This document shows, one piece after another, positions 40,001-49,051 of a DNA stretch of 64,000 nucleotides. The first letter of the stretch is position 1, and every line of letters starts with the position of its first letter. Source of the stretch: Alphaproteobacteria bacterium (GTDB lineage Bacteria > Pseudomonadota > Alphaproteobacteria > UBA828); the NCBI GenBank assembly GCA_965221125.1, contig CBDCRW010000003.1, positions 224,001-288,000 of the forward strand. Direction: 5' to 3'. A program made the position numbers and the translations under genes. The notes under the pieces were generated by a model that saw nothing but the letters and a program-made list of their open reading frames with translations, ran no database searches and had not been told where the DNA came from.

Positions 40001-43000
40001 CTGGGCAGCCGCCACGAGTCCGCGAGCGGGGAGATCGCCTTCGACACCGAAATCTTCCCCTCCGATCCCGCGTGGCTCGCCGACCATCGCGTCTTCGGCC
40101 GCCTGATCGCGCCGGGCGCGCTCTATGGCGCCATGGCGGCGGCGGCCTGCCGTGCCGAGGGCGACGACGCGGCGGCCGTCGAGGATTTCCGGATGCAGAC
40201 CGCGCTGGTCTTCCCCAAGGAGGATGCAGAGGACGCGGGCCGGCGGATGCAGGTGCTGCTCGACGATGGCGAGGAGGGCGCGTCTCGCCGGGTCCGGGTC
40301 CTCAGCCGGGGCGAGGGCGAGGACGGCTGGACGCTGCACGCGGAGGGGCAGGTCTCGAGCGGTGCGGCCGGCGCGCCGCCGGCCGTGCCGCCGCTCGATG
40401 TCGACGGCTGCAAGGCCGCGCTCTCGCCGGTGGACCTGCCCGCCTACTACCGCGCCAAGTCCGCGGTCGGGATCGACCTCGGCCCTTCCTTCCGCACGTT
40501 GGCGGCCCTCTGGGCGCGGGATGGCGAGGCGCTCGGCGAGGTGATGCTGCCCGCCGGGGTGGAGCAGGGCCCGCTCGACGTGCATCCGCTCATGCTCGAC
40601 GGCTGCTTTCAGATCATGGCGGCGGCGCGCGATCCGGACGGAACCGAGGACGGGATCACCTACCTGCCGTTCGCCTGGGAGCGGCTCTGGCTGAGCGACG
40701 GGCTGCCGGATCGACTCTTCTGCCACGTGACCATGCGGGAAAGCCCGCGCGATGTGGCGGCCGATGGCGAGGACGGCGGGGCGCTGGAGGTTCGCGCGGC
40801 GGACATGCGCCTCCATGGCGAGAGCGGGGCGCTTCTCGGCGAGCTCGCCGGCTTCACCGTCAAGCGGGCGACGCGGAGCGCCATGCTTGCCGCGGTGGAG
40901 GGGGTCGACGAGCTGCTCTACGAGGTTGTCTGGCGCGACCGCGCCCTGCCGCCCGGAATGCTGCCGGCGGACTTCCTGCCGAGTCCCACGGCCGCGGCGT
41001 CCCGCGCGCAGCCGTTCTCGCGCTACCTGACCGACGAGGGAGTCGACGTCGCGGACGAGACCGACCTGCAAGGGGAGATGGGGCGCGCCTCGTGGTGCTA
41101 CGCGCTCGCGGCGCTGGAGGCGCTCGGGTGGGAGCGGAGCGCAGGCGCGGTCGTGGATTCGGAAGAGCAGCGCGAGCGCCTCGAAGTTCTGCCCGAGCAC
41201 GCGAATCTGTTCCGCCGAATGCTGGAGATCCTGGCCCGCTCGGGCATGCTGCAGGCGAAGGACGAGGGCTTCGTCGTGACGGTCGGAGCCGATGACCCGT
41301 TGCCGGATGACATGCCGCGCGATTCCGAGGCGTTCCTGGATGAGGTGACGGCGCGCTTCCCCCACGCGGCGAACGAGATCGGGCTGTTTCGGCGCTGCGC
41401 CGGCGCGCTATCCGAGGTGCTGCGCGGCAACGAGGACCCGCTGTCGCTGCTGTTCGGCGATGCCGAGCCGACGGCCGGCGATCTGTATCGGCTGGCGCCG
41501 GTCTGGCGGGCCGCGAACCGGATGATCGGTGAGGTGGTTCGCTCGCTCGTGGACGACGTGCCGGACGGGCGGCGGCTGCGCGTGCTGGAGGTGGGCGCCG
41601 GCATCGGCTCGGCGACCGAAACCATCCTGCCCGAGCTTGCCGCCGGGCAGTTCGACTACATGTACACCGACATCTCCGCAGGCTTCTTCGCGGAGGCGGA
41701 GTCGCGCTTCGGCGGCGCCGAGGCGTCGATCGACTACCGGGTGCTGGATATCGAGAAGGACCCGGTGGAGCAGGGCTTCGACCCCCACGCTTACGACATG
41801 GTCATCGCGGCCAACGTGCTGCACGCCACGCGCCATCTGGACGAGACGCTTGCCCACTGCCGGGCGCTGCTCGCGCCGTCCGGGCTGCTGGTGGCGCTGG
41901 AGAACCAGCGCGGCCGGGGCTGGATGGACCTGATCTTCGGCCAGCTGGACGGGTGGTGGCGCTTCGCCGATCGCTACCGCGCGGATCACGCCCTCGCGGG
42001 GCCCGACGTGTGGCGTCAGGCGCTCGCCGATACCGGGTTCACGGAGTCCGAAGTGCTCGGCGTGGATCGGTCGGCCGCGGCCGGCCTGCCGGATCGAGGG
42101 GTGATCGTGGCGCAGGCACCGGCAGAGATCGCCTTGCCGGAGGGCGTCTGGATCCTGGCGGCCGACCGGGGCGGCACGGCGGCGGCGCTGGCGGCGCAGC
42201 TCGCGGCCCAGAACCAGCGGGTGGTGCTGGCGGGCGACGATCCGCACGCCACCGGCGCCGCGGCAGAGAGCGAGGCCGGGATCGTCGCGGCATCGGTCGA
42301 GATGGAGCGCCGCGAGTCTTGGGCGTCGCTCGTCGAAAACCTGCCCCCGGATGTGCCCTTCGCCGGCGCGGTGCATCTCGTCGCGCAGGACGGCCACGGC
42401 CCGGAGGCCACGACCGCAGACATGGCGGCGGACGCGAAACGCGCGGCGGCTAGCGCGCTCGCGCTCGTGCAAGGCATCGCCGACGCCGACGCCGCGCCCG
42501 AGAAGGGCCTCTGGTTCGTCACCCGGGGCGCGCAGGTGCTGGAGCGGGAGCGGGCCGGGCAGCTGGCCGGCGCCGCGCTCTGGGGCCTGGGCAGGGTGGT
42601 GGCGCGGGAGGCGCCCCAGCTGCAATCGCGGATGCTCGATCTCGACCCCGAGGCAGCCGAGCCGCAGGCTGTCCTCGCGGATGAGCTGCTGTTCCCGGAT
42701 TCGGAGAACCACATCGCGCATCGCCGGGGGCGCCGCCAGGCGGCCCGGCTGGTTCGGGCGGGTTCCGGTGCGAACAGTCTTGCTTTGCCGGAGGAGGCCG
42801 ACTGGGTGCTGGCGCCGGACGAGGGCGGCGCGATCGAGACGCTGCGGGTGCAGCGGCAGCCGGCGCGTGCCCTGGAGCGGGGGGAGGTGCGCGTCGCGGT
42901 CGAAGCCTGCGGGCTCAACTTCCTGGACGTGTTCCGCGCCATGGGTCTGGTCGAGGAGGGACTGCTCGGCGAGGAATTCTGCGGCCGGATCGTCGAAACC

Positions 43001-46000
43001 GGCTCGGACGTCGCGACTGTCACGGTGGGCGACCGCGTGGCCGGCTTCGCCTTCGGCACGTTCGGGCCGGAGGTGGTGACGCGGGAGGAACTGGTCGCGC
43101 TCGCGCCGCCGGACGTGTCGGCGACGGCGCTCGCCACGATCCCCTCGGTGTTCGTGACATGCGTGCTCTCGTACGAGCTTGCCGGACTCAAGGCCGGGGA
43201 CCGCGTGCTGATTCATGCCGGCGCGGGCGGCGTCGGGCTCGCCGCCATCCAGCTCGCGCAAGCTGCGGGCGCGGAGGTGTTCGCCACGGCGAGCGCGCCC
43301 AAGCAGGCCTACCTCCGCTCGCTCGGCGTGGACCACGTGTTCGACAGCCGCTCGACCGCCTTCGGCCAGGACATCCTCGCGGCCACGGGTGGCGCCGGGG
43401 TCGACGTCGTGCTGAACAGCCTGACCGGCGAGGGCTTCATCGAGGCGAGCCTCGCCTGCCTCGCGGACGGCGGTCGCTTCGTGGAGCTTGCCCGGCGGGA
43501 CATCCTGAGCGAGGACGAGATGGCGGCGCTGCGGCCGGACGTCGCCTATTCGATCCTCGATCTCTACACCCTGAAGCAGCATGACCCGGCGCGGCCGGGC
43601 GCGGCTCTACGAGACGTGCTGGCGCGCATCGAGGCGGGCGAGCTTGCGCCGCTCAGGCACACCACATGGCCGTTGGCGGAGACGAGCACCGCGATGGGCT
43701 TCATGCGCGCGGCACGCCACATCGGCAAGATCGTGCTGACGACGCCGCCGTTCAGGACGGGCCGGCTGCGGCAGGACGGAACCTACCTGGTGACCGGCGG
43801 GCTCGGCGGCATCGGCTGCGCGCTCGCCGAATGGCTTGCCGAGCGCGGCGCGGGCACGGTGGTGCTGAACGGCCGCAGGCCGCCCGACGCGGCGGCGGAA
43901 CAGGCGATCGAGACGCTGCGCGCCCGCGGCTTCAGGGTCGAGGTCGAGATTGCGGACGTGACGGACACGGCCGCGCTCGATGCGATGCTGGCGCGGATGG
44001 ACCGGGAGCTTCCGCCGCTTGCCGGCGTGATCCACAGCGTCGGCGTGCTGGCGGACGCCGCCCTCGGCAATCAGAGCTGGGAGAGCTTCGAGACCGTGCT
44101 GTGGCCGAAGATGCTGGGGGCCTGGCACCTTCACCGGGCGACGGCGGAGCGCGATATCGACCTCTTCGTCATCTTCTCCAGCGTGGCCGGCGTTCTGGGC
44201 AATCCGGGCCAGGCCAACCACGCGGCGGCCAACGCCTTCCTCGATCAGCTTGCCGCCCACCGGCGCGCGCTGGGCCTCCCCGGACAGGCCATTGCCTGGG
44301 GTGCCTGGTCGGAGCTGGGCGAGGCGGAGGAGCAGCGCGAGCGGATCGCCGGGCGCAGGCAGGCATCGGGCACCGGCTGGTTCACGCCGGAGCAGGGTTT
44401 TAGGGCGCTCGACCGCCTGCTGCGCCAGGATGCGGCGGGCGCCGCGGTGGCGGCGGTGGACTGGCCGGTGTTCGGGGAGGCCGTCGGCGGCCGTCCGCCC
44501 CTGCTGGAGGATCTGCTCGCGGTTGCTGCGGAGGACGGCGACGGCTCGTCCCTGTCGGAAGACCTGCTTGCACGGCTCGCTTCGACCCCAGCGGCGGGGC
44601 GCGAGGACCTGCTGGTGTCCTTCCTCCAGGAGGAGGTGCAAGCGGTGCTCAGGCTGCCGTCCGCGCCGGCGTCCTCGGTCGGCTTCTTCGATCTGGGGAT
44701 GGACTCGCTGATGGCGGTCGAGCTGCGCAACCGCCTCAACCGGGCCTTCTCCGAAGCCTACGCGGCGCCGAACACGCTGGTGTTCGACTATCCGACCATC
44801 GCCGATCTGGCGCGTCATCTGGTGGGGGAGCTTGGCGAGGAGATCGCCGCACCGGCCCCGGACGCGGCGGCCGAACCGGGCCGGCAGGCGCCGGTGCGGA
44901 GCGAAGTCGATGGCATCGCCATCGTGGGCATGGCCTGCCGCTTCCCCGGTGCGCCGGACATCGCCACCTATTGGCGCCAGCTCGAGACCGGCCACGATGC
45001 GGTGGCGGACGCGCGGCAGGATAACGGGTCCTGGGCCGGCGTCGCGGGCGACCCCGCAAACGCGGACAGCATCTGGGCACGCGGCGGCTTCGTCGACGGG
45101 ATCGACCGCTTCGATGCGCGCTTCTTCGGCATGTCTCCCATCGGCGCGCGGATGGCGGACCCGCAGCAGCGGCTGCTCCTGGAGACGACCTGGCAGGCGC
45201 TCGAGGACGCGGGAATCGATCCGGATCGCCTGCGGGGCAGCCGCACCGGCGTCTATGCCGGCGTCTCCACCAGCGAGTACCGCGACCTGATGATGCTGGC
45301 CGGCAGCGAGACCCTCAGCTACCTCGGTACCGCCAGCAGCACCGCAGTCGGCGGCGTCGCGTTCAAGCTGGGCCTCATGGGGCCGACGAGTCCGGTGATG
45401 CTGAACTGCGCGGCGTCGCTGGTCGCGGTGCAGCAGGCGGTCGCCGGCCTGCGGCAGGGCGAGGTGGATCTGGCGCTGGTGGGCGGCGTGAACGCCGTTC
45501 TCTCGCCCGGACTGACCGTCGAGATGGCGGCTCTCGGCATGCTGTCGCGGCGCGGCCGCTGCAGCACCTTCGATGCTGCGGCGGACGGCTTCGTGCGGAG
45601 CGACGGCTGCGGCATGGTGGTCCTCAAGCGGCTCGCCGAGGCCGAGGCCGACGGCGATCGCATCTGGGCGGTCATCCGCGGCGCGGCGGTCAACCAGAAC
45701 GGGGCGAGCGCAGGGCCGACCGTGCCGAACGGCCCGGCGCAGGAGCGGGTGATCGAGGACGCGCTCTCGCAAGCGGGCGTTTCGCCGGCGGACATCGACT
45801 ATCTGGAGGCCCACGGCGCCGGTTCGGAACTGGGCGATCCCATTGAGGTGCAGGCGGCAGCGGCGGTCTACGGCAAGGAGCGCGCGGCCGACCGCCCGCT
45901 GCTGATGGGCTCGGTCAAGACCAACGTCGGCCACCTGGAATCGGCGGCGGGGGTCGCCGGCCTGATCAAGGTCGTGCTGGCGATGCGGCACGGTGCAATC

Positions 46001-47461
46001 CCGAAGAACCTGCACTTCCATGAGCCCAATCCGCACCTGGAGTGGGATCGGCTGCCGGTGCGGGTGGTGTCGGAGATGACGGACTGGCCGGACACGCTTG
46101 ACCGTCCTCCGAGGGCAGGGGTCAGCGCCTTCGGGATTTCGGGCGTGAACGCGCACGTCGTCGTGGAGGGGTACGGGCCGGTGAATGGCGCCTCGGCTGA
46201 AGGCGATGGAGGAAACTCCCATGCTGGCGCTCCGCAGCGGGTCGCGGCGACCCTGCCGGAGCCGGTCGCGAGTCTGCCGCCGTCCGAGGAAGCGTTCTCC
46301 GCGCGCGAGACGCGGGTGCTGCCGCTCTCGGCCAAGTCCGACGAGGCGCTCCGGGCGCTGGCCGGGCGATATCTCTTCTGGCTCGATGAGCATGCCGATG
46401 AAATGACGATGAGCGGTGATGCCTCCGCTCCCCTGCTCTCAGACATGGCGTGGACCGCCGCCGTCAGCCGGAGCCACTTCGATCTTCGCGCGGGCGTGTT
46501 GTTCCAGGACGCAGCGTCGCTGCGACAGGGTCTCACCGCGCACGCGAATGCCGACGCGGGGCCTGGGCCGAAGACGGCGACGAAGGTGGCATTCGTCTAC
46601 ACCGGCGAGGCCAGCCGGTGGGTCGGCATGGGCGAGGCCCTCTATGCGCGCGAGCCGGTGGTGCGCGCCGTGCTCGACCGTTGCGACGAAGTGCTGCGCG
46701 AATCGGGTCGGCCGTCCCTGCTGGATGTCATGTTCGGCCGGCCGGGGGCGGCCGGCGACGTGGACAACCCGCAGTGGGCGCAGCCCGCGACCTATGCGCT
46801 CGGGTGCGCGCTCACCGCGCTGTGGGCGAGCGTCGCCATCCGGCCGAGCGTGGTGGCAGGGCAGGGCGCAGGCGAGATCGCGGCGGCGCAGGCCGCCGGC
46901 GTGCTCGGTCTGGAGGATGGCTTGCGGCTCGCGGCATCCCCCGGCGATCCTGAGGCGGCGCTGGAGGGGATCGCAATCGCCGCGCCGTCGCTCGCCCTGG
47001 TAAGCAGCCTCACCGGCCGCGTGACGGACCCGGATCAGGCCCTGGATGGGTCGTACTGGCAACGCCAGGCAGATGGCGCTCCACTCGCAATCGACGGCTG
47101 CGCCGAGACCCTGGCTGCCCTCGGCGTCGACGTCGTCATCGAGATCGGCCCTGATGCCGCGTTGGCGCCGCTGCTGGCAGAGGCCTGGCCGAAGACCGGG
47201 GAAAACGCAGCGGCGCCACTGCTGTTGTCGAGCATGCGGCGGCCGTCGGGCGGCGAGGATGCGGCGGAGGGAGGTGCCGACGCTGACTTCGTGGAGGCAG
47301 TCGCCCGGGCTTACGAGGCGGGGCTCGGCGTGTCCTTCGCGGGTCTCTTCGCGGGCGAGACGCGGCGTCGTATCTCGCTGCCGGGCTATCCCTTCCAGCG
47401 CCGGCGCTTCTGGCTGCCGAAGCCCGGCCAGCGCGCGCCCGCGTCGGATCGAGCGCTCTAA
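37076..47461 (+). CDS. supA: SupA-like type I PKS: KS-AT-DH-cMT-ER-KR-ACP-KS-AT(degenerate)
   Basis: KS DTACSS/HGTGT/GHLES; AT GHSLG; DH HRVFGRLIAP; MT VLEVGAGIG; ER LIHAGAGGVG; KR TGGLGGIG; ACP LGMDSL; KS2 LNCAAS/HGAGS/GHLES; AT2 GQGAG. This domain order is that of the sponge-symbiont Sup PKS. Confidence 0.85.
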   Translation: MAERDKPCARADDACPPDEGRAPEVSGSNEPVAIVGMACRFPGADDIHAFWRLLEEGGNAVQEGVLGSGIGRIGALFPDDTGQIPACRFGAYLDEIDQFDAAFFRISPVEARLLDPQQRLILETSWRALEDAGIDPDLLKESRTGVYAGISNNDYRGLILEAGENAGAAEPAASLYAVTGTSLNTAIGRVAFALGLGGPAMAVDTACSSSLVATHQAVSGLQRGDADLALAGGVNIILSGRLLEFRANAGMLSPDGQCKTFDASANGYVRGEGCGILVLKRLAEAEADGDRIWGVIRGTALNQDGASQGLTVPNGAAQERVIQAALERAGVQPSDIDYLEAHGTGTEVGDPIEINATAAVYGRDRDAGRPLLIGSVKTNIGHLESAAGVAGLVKTVLAMNRGLIPRHLHFRTPNPEMDWERMPLQVTSEPAPWPARADRPPLAGVSGFGWSGTNAHVVLEGYGGPNGAEGATGAARPVAVSLPASVAGQAQAEGGLAPRGTRLLPLSGRTADALRAQAAGYLEWLGERKAALVAEGAASDPLLSDMAWSAGTGRSHFGHRAGVVFHDAGSLRDGLTTLADGEAEMASAAGAPTGAKVAFAYTGQASQWLGMGAALYASEPVVRAVLDHCDAVLAEERGGASLLDVMFGRAGAAGDLDDPQWKQPAIYALECALAALWESIGIRPDVVIGHSLGEIAAAQTAGVFSLEEGLRFAAARGALLGALPGEGAMAAVFAPAPRVAEAVDELNAASAGPGLSVAADNGAHQVVSGPKADVEALLARFEAEEIRVARLRRSPAYHSAMIEPALGDLEAAISTIRFTPPSLTFVSNLTGRALEPGEAPDAAYWRRQTREKVAFRACIETLAELGVDAVIEIGPHAVLGPMTTMAWPASAGAPPAVMSSLIRPAKDEEPPAPGSGGGFVAAVAGAYEAGLPLRYDGLFAGEARRRIALPGYPFQRERHWVEAPKRRRQASDHPLLGSRHESASGEIAFDTEIFPSDPAWLADHRVFGRLIAPGALYGAMAAAACRAEGDDAAAVEDFRMQTALVFPKEDAEDAGRRMQVLLDDGEEGASRRVRVLSRGEGEDGWTLHAEGQVSSGAAGAPPAVPPLDVDGCKAALSPVDLPAYYRAKSAVGIDLGPSFRTLAALWARDGEALGEVMLPAGVEQGPLDVHPLMLDGCFQIMAAARDPDGTEDGITYLPFAWERLWLSDGLPDRLFCHVTMRESPRDVAADGEDGGALEVRAADMRLHGESGALLGELAGFTVKRATRSAMLAAVEGVDELLYEVVWRDRALPPGMLPADFLPSPTAAASRAQPFSRYLTDEGVDVADETDLQGEMGRASWCYALAALEALGWERSAGAVVDSEEQRERLEVLPEHANLFRRMLEILARSGMLQAKDEGFVVTVGADDPLPDDMPRDSEAFLDEVTARFPHAANEIGLFRRCAGALSEVLRGNEDPLSLLFGDAEPTAGDLYRLAPVWRAANRMIGEVVRSLVDDVPDGRRLRVLEVGAGIGSATETILPELAAGQFDYMYTDISAGFFAEAESRFGGAEASIDYRVLDIEKDPVEQGFDPHAYDMVIAANVLHATRHLDETLAHCRALLAPSGLLVALENQRGRGWMDLIFGQLDGWWRFADRYRADHALAGPDVWRQALADTGFTESEVLGVDRSAAAGLPDRGVIVAQAPAEIALPEGVWILAADRGGTAAALAAQLAAQNQRVVLAGDDPHATGAAAESEAGIVAASVEMERRESWASLVENLPPDVPFAGAVHLVAQDGHGPEATTADMAADAKRAAASALALVQGIADADAAPEKGLWFVTRGAQVLERERAGQLAGAALWGLGRVVAREAPQLQSRMLDLDPEAAEPQAVLADELLFPDSENHIAHRRGRRQAARLVRAGSGANSLALPEEADWVLAPDEGGAIETLRVQRQPARALERGEVRVAVEACGLNFLDVFRAMGLVEEGLLGEEFCGRIVETGSDVATVTVGDRVAGFAFGTFGPEVVTREELVALAPPDVSATALATIPSVFVTCVLSYELAGLKAGDRVLIHAGAGGVGLAAIQLAQAAGAEVFATASAPKQAYLRSLGVDHVFDSRSTAFGQDILAATGGAGVDVVLNSLTGEGFIEASLACLADGGRFVELARRDILSEDEMAALRPDVAYSILDLYTLKQHDPARPGAALRDVLARIEAGELAPLRHTTWPLAETSTAMGFMRAARHIGKIVLTTPPFRTGRLRQDGTYLVTGGLGGIGCALAEWLAERGAGTVVLNGRRPPDAAAEQAIETLRARGFRVEVEIADVTDTAALDAMLARMDRELPPLAGVIHSVGVLADAALGNQSWESFETVLWPKMLGAWHLHRATAERDIDLFVIFSSVAGVLGNPGQANHAAANAFLDQLAAHRRALGLPGQAIAWGAWSELGEAEEQRERIAGRRQASGTGWFTPEQGFRALDRLLRQDAAGAAVAAVDWPVFGEAVGGRPPLLEDLLAVAAEDGDGSSLSEDLLARLASTPAAGREDLLVSFLQEEVQAVLRLPSAPASSVGFFDLGMDSLMAVELRNRLNRAFSEAYAAPNTLVFDYPTIADLARHLVGELGEEIAAPAPDAAAEPGRQAPVRSEVDGIAIVGMACRFPGAPDIATYWRQLETGHDAVADARQDNGSWAGVAGDPANADSIWARGGFVDGIDRFDARFFGMSPIGARMADPQQRLLLETTWQALEDAGIDPDRLRGSRTGVYAGVSTSEYRDLMMLAGSETLSYLGTASSTAVGGVAFKLGLMGPTSPVMLNCAASLVAVQQAVAGLRQGEVDLALVGGVNAVLSPGLTVEMAALGMLSRRGRCSTFDAAADGFVRSDGCGMVVLKRLAEAEADGDRIWAVIRGAAVNQNGASAGPTVPNGPAQERVIEDALSQAGVSPADIDYLEAHGAGSELGDPIEVQAAAAVYGKERAADRPLLMGSVKTNVGHLESAAGVAGLIKVVLAMRHGAIPKNLHFHEPNPHLEWDRLPVRVVSEMTDWPDTLDRPPRAGVSAFGISGVNAHVVVEGYGPVNGASAEGDGGNSHAGAPQRVAATLPEPVASLPPSEEAFSARETRVLPLSAKSDEALRALAGRYLFWLDEHADEMTMSGDASAPLLSDMAWTAAVSRSHFDLRAGVLFQDAASLRQGLTAHANADAGPGPKTATKVAFVYTGEASRWVGMGEALYAREPVVRAVLDRCDEVLRESGRPSLLDVMFGRPGAAGDVDNPQWAQPATYALGCALTALWASVAIRPSVVAGQGAGEIAAAQAAGVLGLEDGLRLAASPGDPEAALEGIAIAAPSLALVSSLTGRVTDPDQALDGSYWQRQADGAPLAIDGCAETLAALGVDVVIEIGPDAALAPLLAEAWPKTGENAAAPLLLSSMRRPSGGEDAAEGGADADFVEAVARAYEAGLGVSFAGLFAGETRRRISLPGYPFQRRRFWLPKPGQRAPASDRAL

Positions 47462-48357
47462 GCGAGGCCGTGGCGCTCCAGGAAGGCGCGGGTCACGGCG
47501 GCGCACTCCGCAGGCTTCTCCAGCTGCAGGAAATGCGTCGCCTCGGGGATGAAATCGTAGTCCATGGCCGAGACAATTCGCTGGTCGAGCGTCGGCAGGT
47601 ACGCATGCGGCAGGGTGGGGTCGGCGCCGATGATCTTCGCGGGGCAGGAGACCAGATCGAGGTCCAGCAGCGGGAAGAAGCTCCGCACGTAATCCATCAT
47701 CTGCGCCTCGTAGTCGCGGGGGCAGCGAAGCTCATAGCCTTCTCCGTTCGCGGCCTCCCGGAGCGTCGTCCGGGCCATGAGCTCGTGTACGCCGGGAACG
47801 GCCCGCTTGAAGGTGGGGAAGATCCCCAGAATCTCGATAAAGTCTTCGCGTCTCCTGAAGTGGTGTCCCCGCCGGCGGATCTGGGCCGCCCCGCGCTCGG
47901 CAGCGTCGTGAAGTTCCGTGTGACTCGCGCCGGCTCTGGTCAGGGGCGGGTCGAACAGGACCAGCGCCGAATAGAGTTTGCTGAACGAGAGCAGCGTCAC
48001 GACCGTGGTGAGCGAGTGAAAGATGCCGACGGTCGGCTTGCTACCAAAGGTGCGGTCCACGGCCTCGAGAATGATGTCGTGGTCGCGGATCATGGTCGGA
48101 ACGTTGTGGTCCGTCTGGGCGCCGACGCCGTTCCAGCCGTGGTTCCTGAGGTCGTAGACCGCAAGGTCGTAGTTGTCCGCGAGCAGCGACCAGAACGGAT
48201 AGTAGAGATCGGCGGCGAGGCCGCTGCCGTGGCTCAGGACGATCCTGGGGCCCGACGGATTGCCGTGCCGCCGCACGGTGGTGACGGTAGCGGCGTCGAG
48301 GCGGACATCCAGCGTCGAAAGGGGCTGGGGTATCTCCCAGACCACGTCTGTCGTCAT
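47458..48357 (-). CDS. Alpha/beta hydrolase, PKS-associated
   Basis: LSHGSG, YDLRNHG, FHSL nucleophile elbow, THFLQLEKP. Confidence 0.85.
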   Translation of the reverse strand: MTTDVVWEIPQPLSTLDVRLDAATVTTVRRHGNPSGPRIVLSHGSGLAADLYYPFWSLLADNYDLAVYDLRNHGWNGVGAQTDHNVPTMIRDHDIILEAVDRTFGSKPTVGIFHSLTTVVTLLSFSKLYSALVLFDPPLTRAGASHTELHDAAERGAAQIRRRGHHFRRREDFIEILGIFPTFKRAVPGVHELMARTTLREAANGEGYELRCPRDYEAQMMDYVRSFFPLLDLDLVSCPAKIIGADPTLPHAYLPTLDQRIVSAMDYDFIPEATHFLQLEKPAECAAVTRAFLERHGLA

Positions 48358-48500
48358 GGCGGAGGGTCGGGGCTCCTCCCGGCGCCGGGCTTCGGGCGGG
48401 GCCTCACCATGGGCCGGATCCGGCTGCGGCCGGTGCCGGAATTGCCGACCGCCCCCGCATTCGGAGGCGGCCGGCCGTGCTCACGTGGCGCCGGGGAGCA

Positions 48501-48731
48501 TCACCCGGCGCGGGCATCGATATAGGTCACGAGCTCGCGCAAGGTGTTGAACTGCAGGCAGTCCTCCGCGACCATGTTCAGGCCGAACTCCTGATTGACC
48601 GTCTTGTAGAACGCGACCGCATCCACCGAAGAGACTCCGGCGTCACTGAACGCCCGATCGAAATCCGGATCGTGGTCCAGGTCGAAGCTGTCGCTGATGA
48701 TTGTCCGCAGGCGGGCTTCCGTTGACGACAT
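48501..48731 (-). CDS. Stand-alone acyl carrier protein (SupB-like)
   Basis: 76-aa acidic protein, DAGVSSVDAV phosphopantetheine site, TLRELVTYI. Confidence 0.8.
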   Translation of the reverse strand: MSSTEARLRTIISDSFDLDHDPDFDRAFSDAGVSSVDAVAFYKTVNQEFGLNMVAEDCLQFNTLRELVTYIDARAG

Positions 48732-49051
48732 GCGTATGGTCTCCCTAATCTTCAAGGGTTCGAAGTGAGGCCTCTCACAGGGTTTGGGCGCTTACGGGCC
48801 CGGTCACACGAACGCCACCGCGGAGGCGGGAGGCGCTGCGCAACAACTGCGAGCCATTAGGCATCGACTATGCCGATCCGGTCAAGTCTCGCCATGGCGT
48901 GTTGTTCGGCGCCCAGTTTTGACCCTGCGGGGTCACTCTAAATCAACGAGTTAGCACGCCGATCCGCGTCCAAATTACGCGCCGATCAATATCCCCCCGC
49001 GAACTCGTTGAATTCCCTCGACAGCGGGCGCGCGCCGCTGCACTAGCGCCG

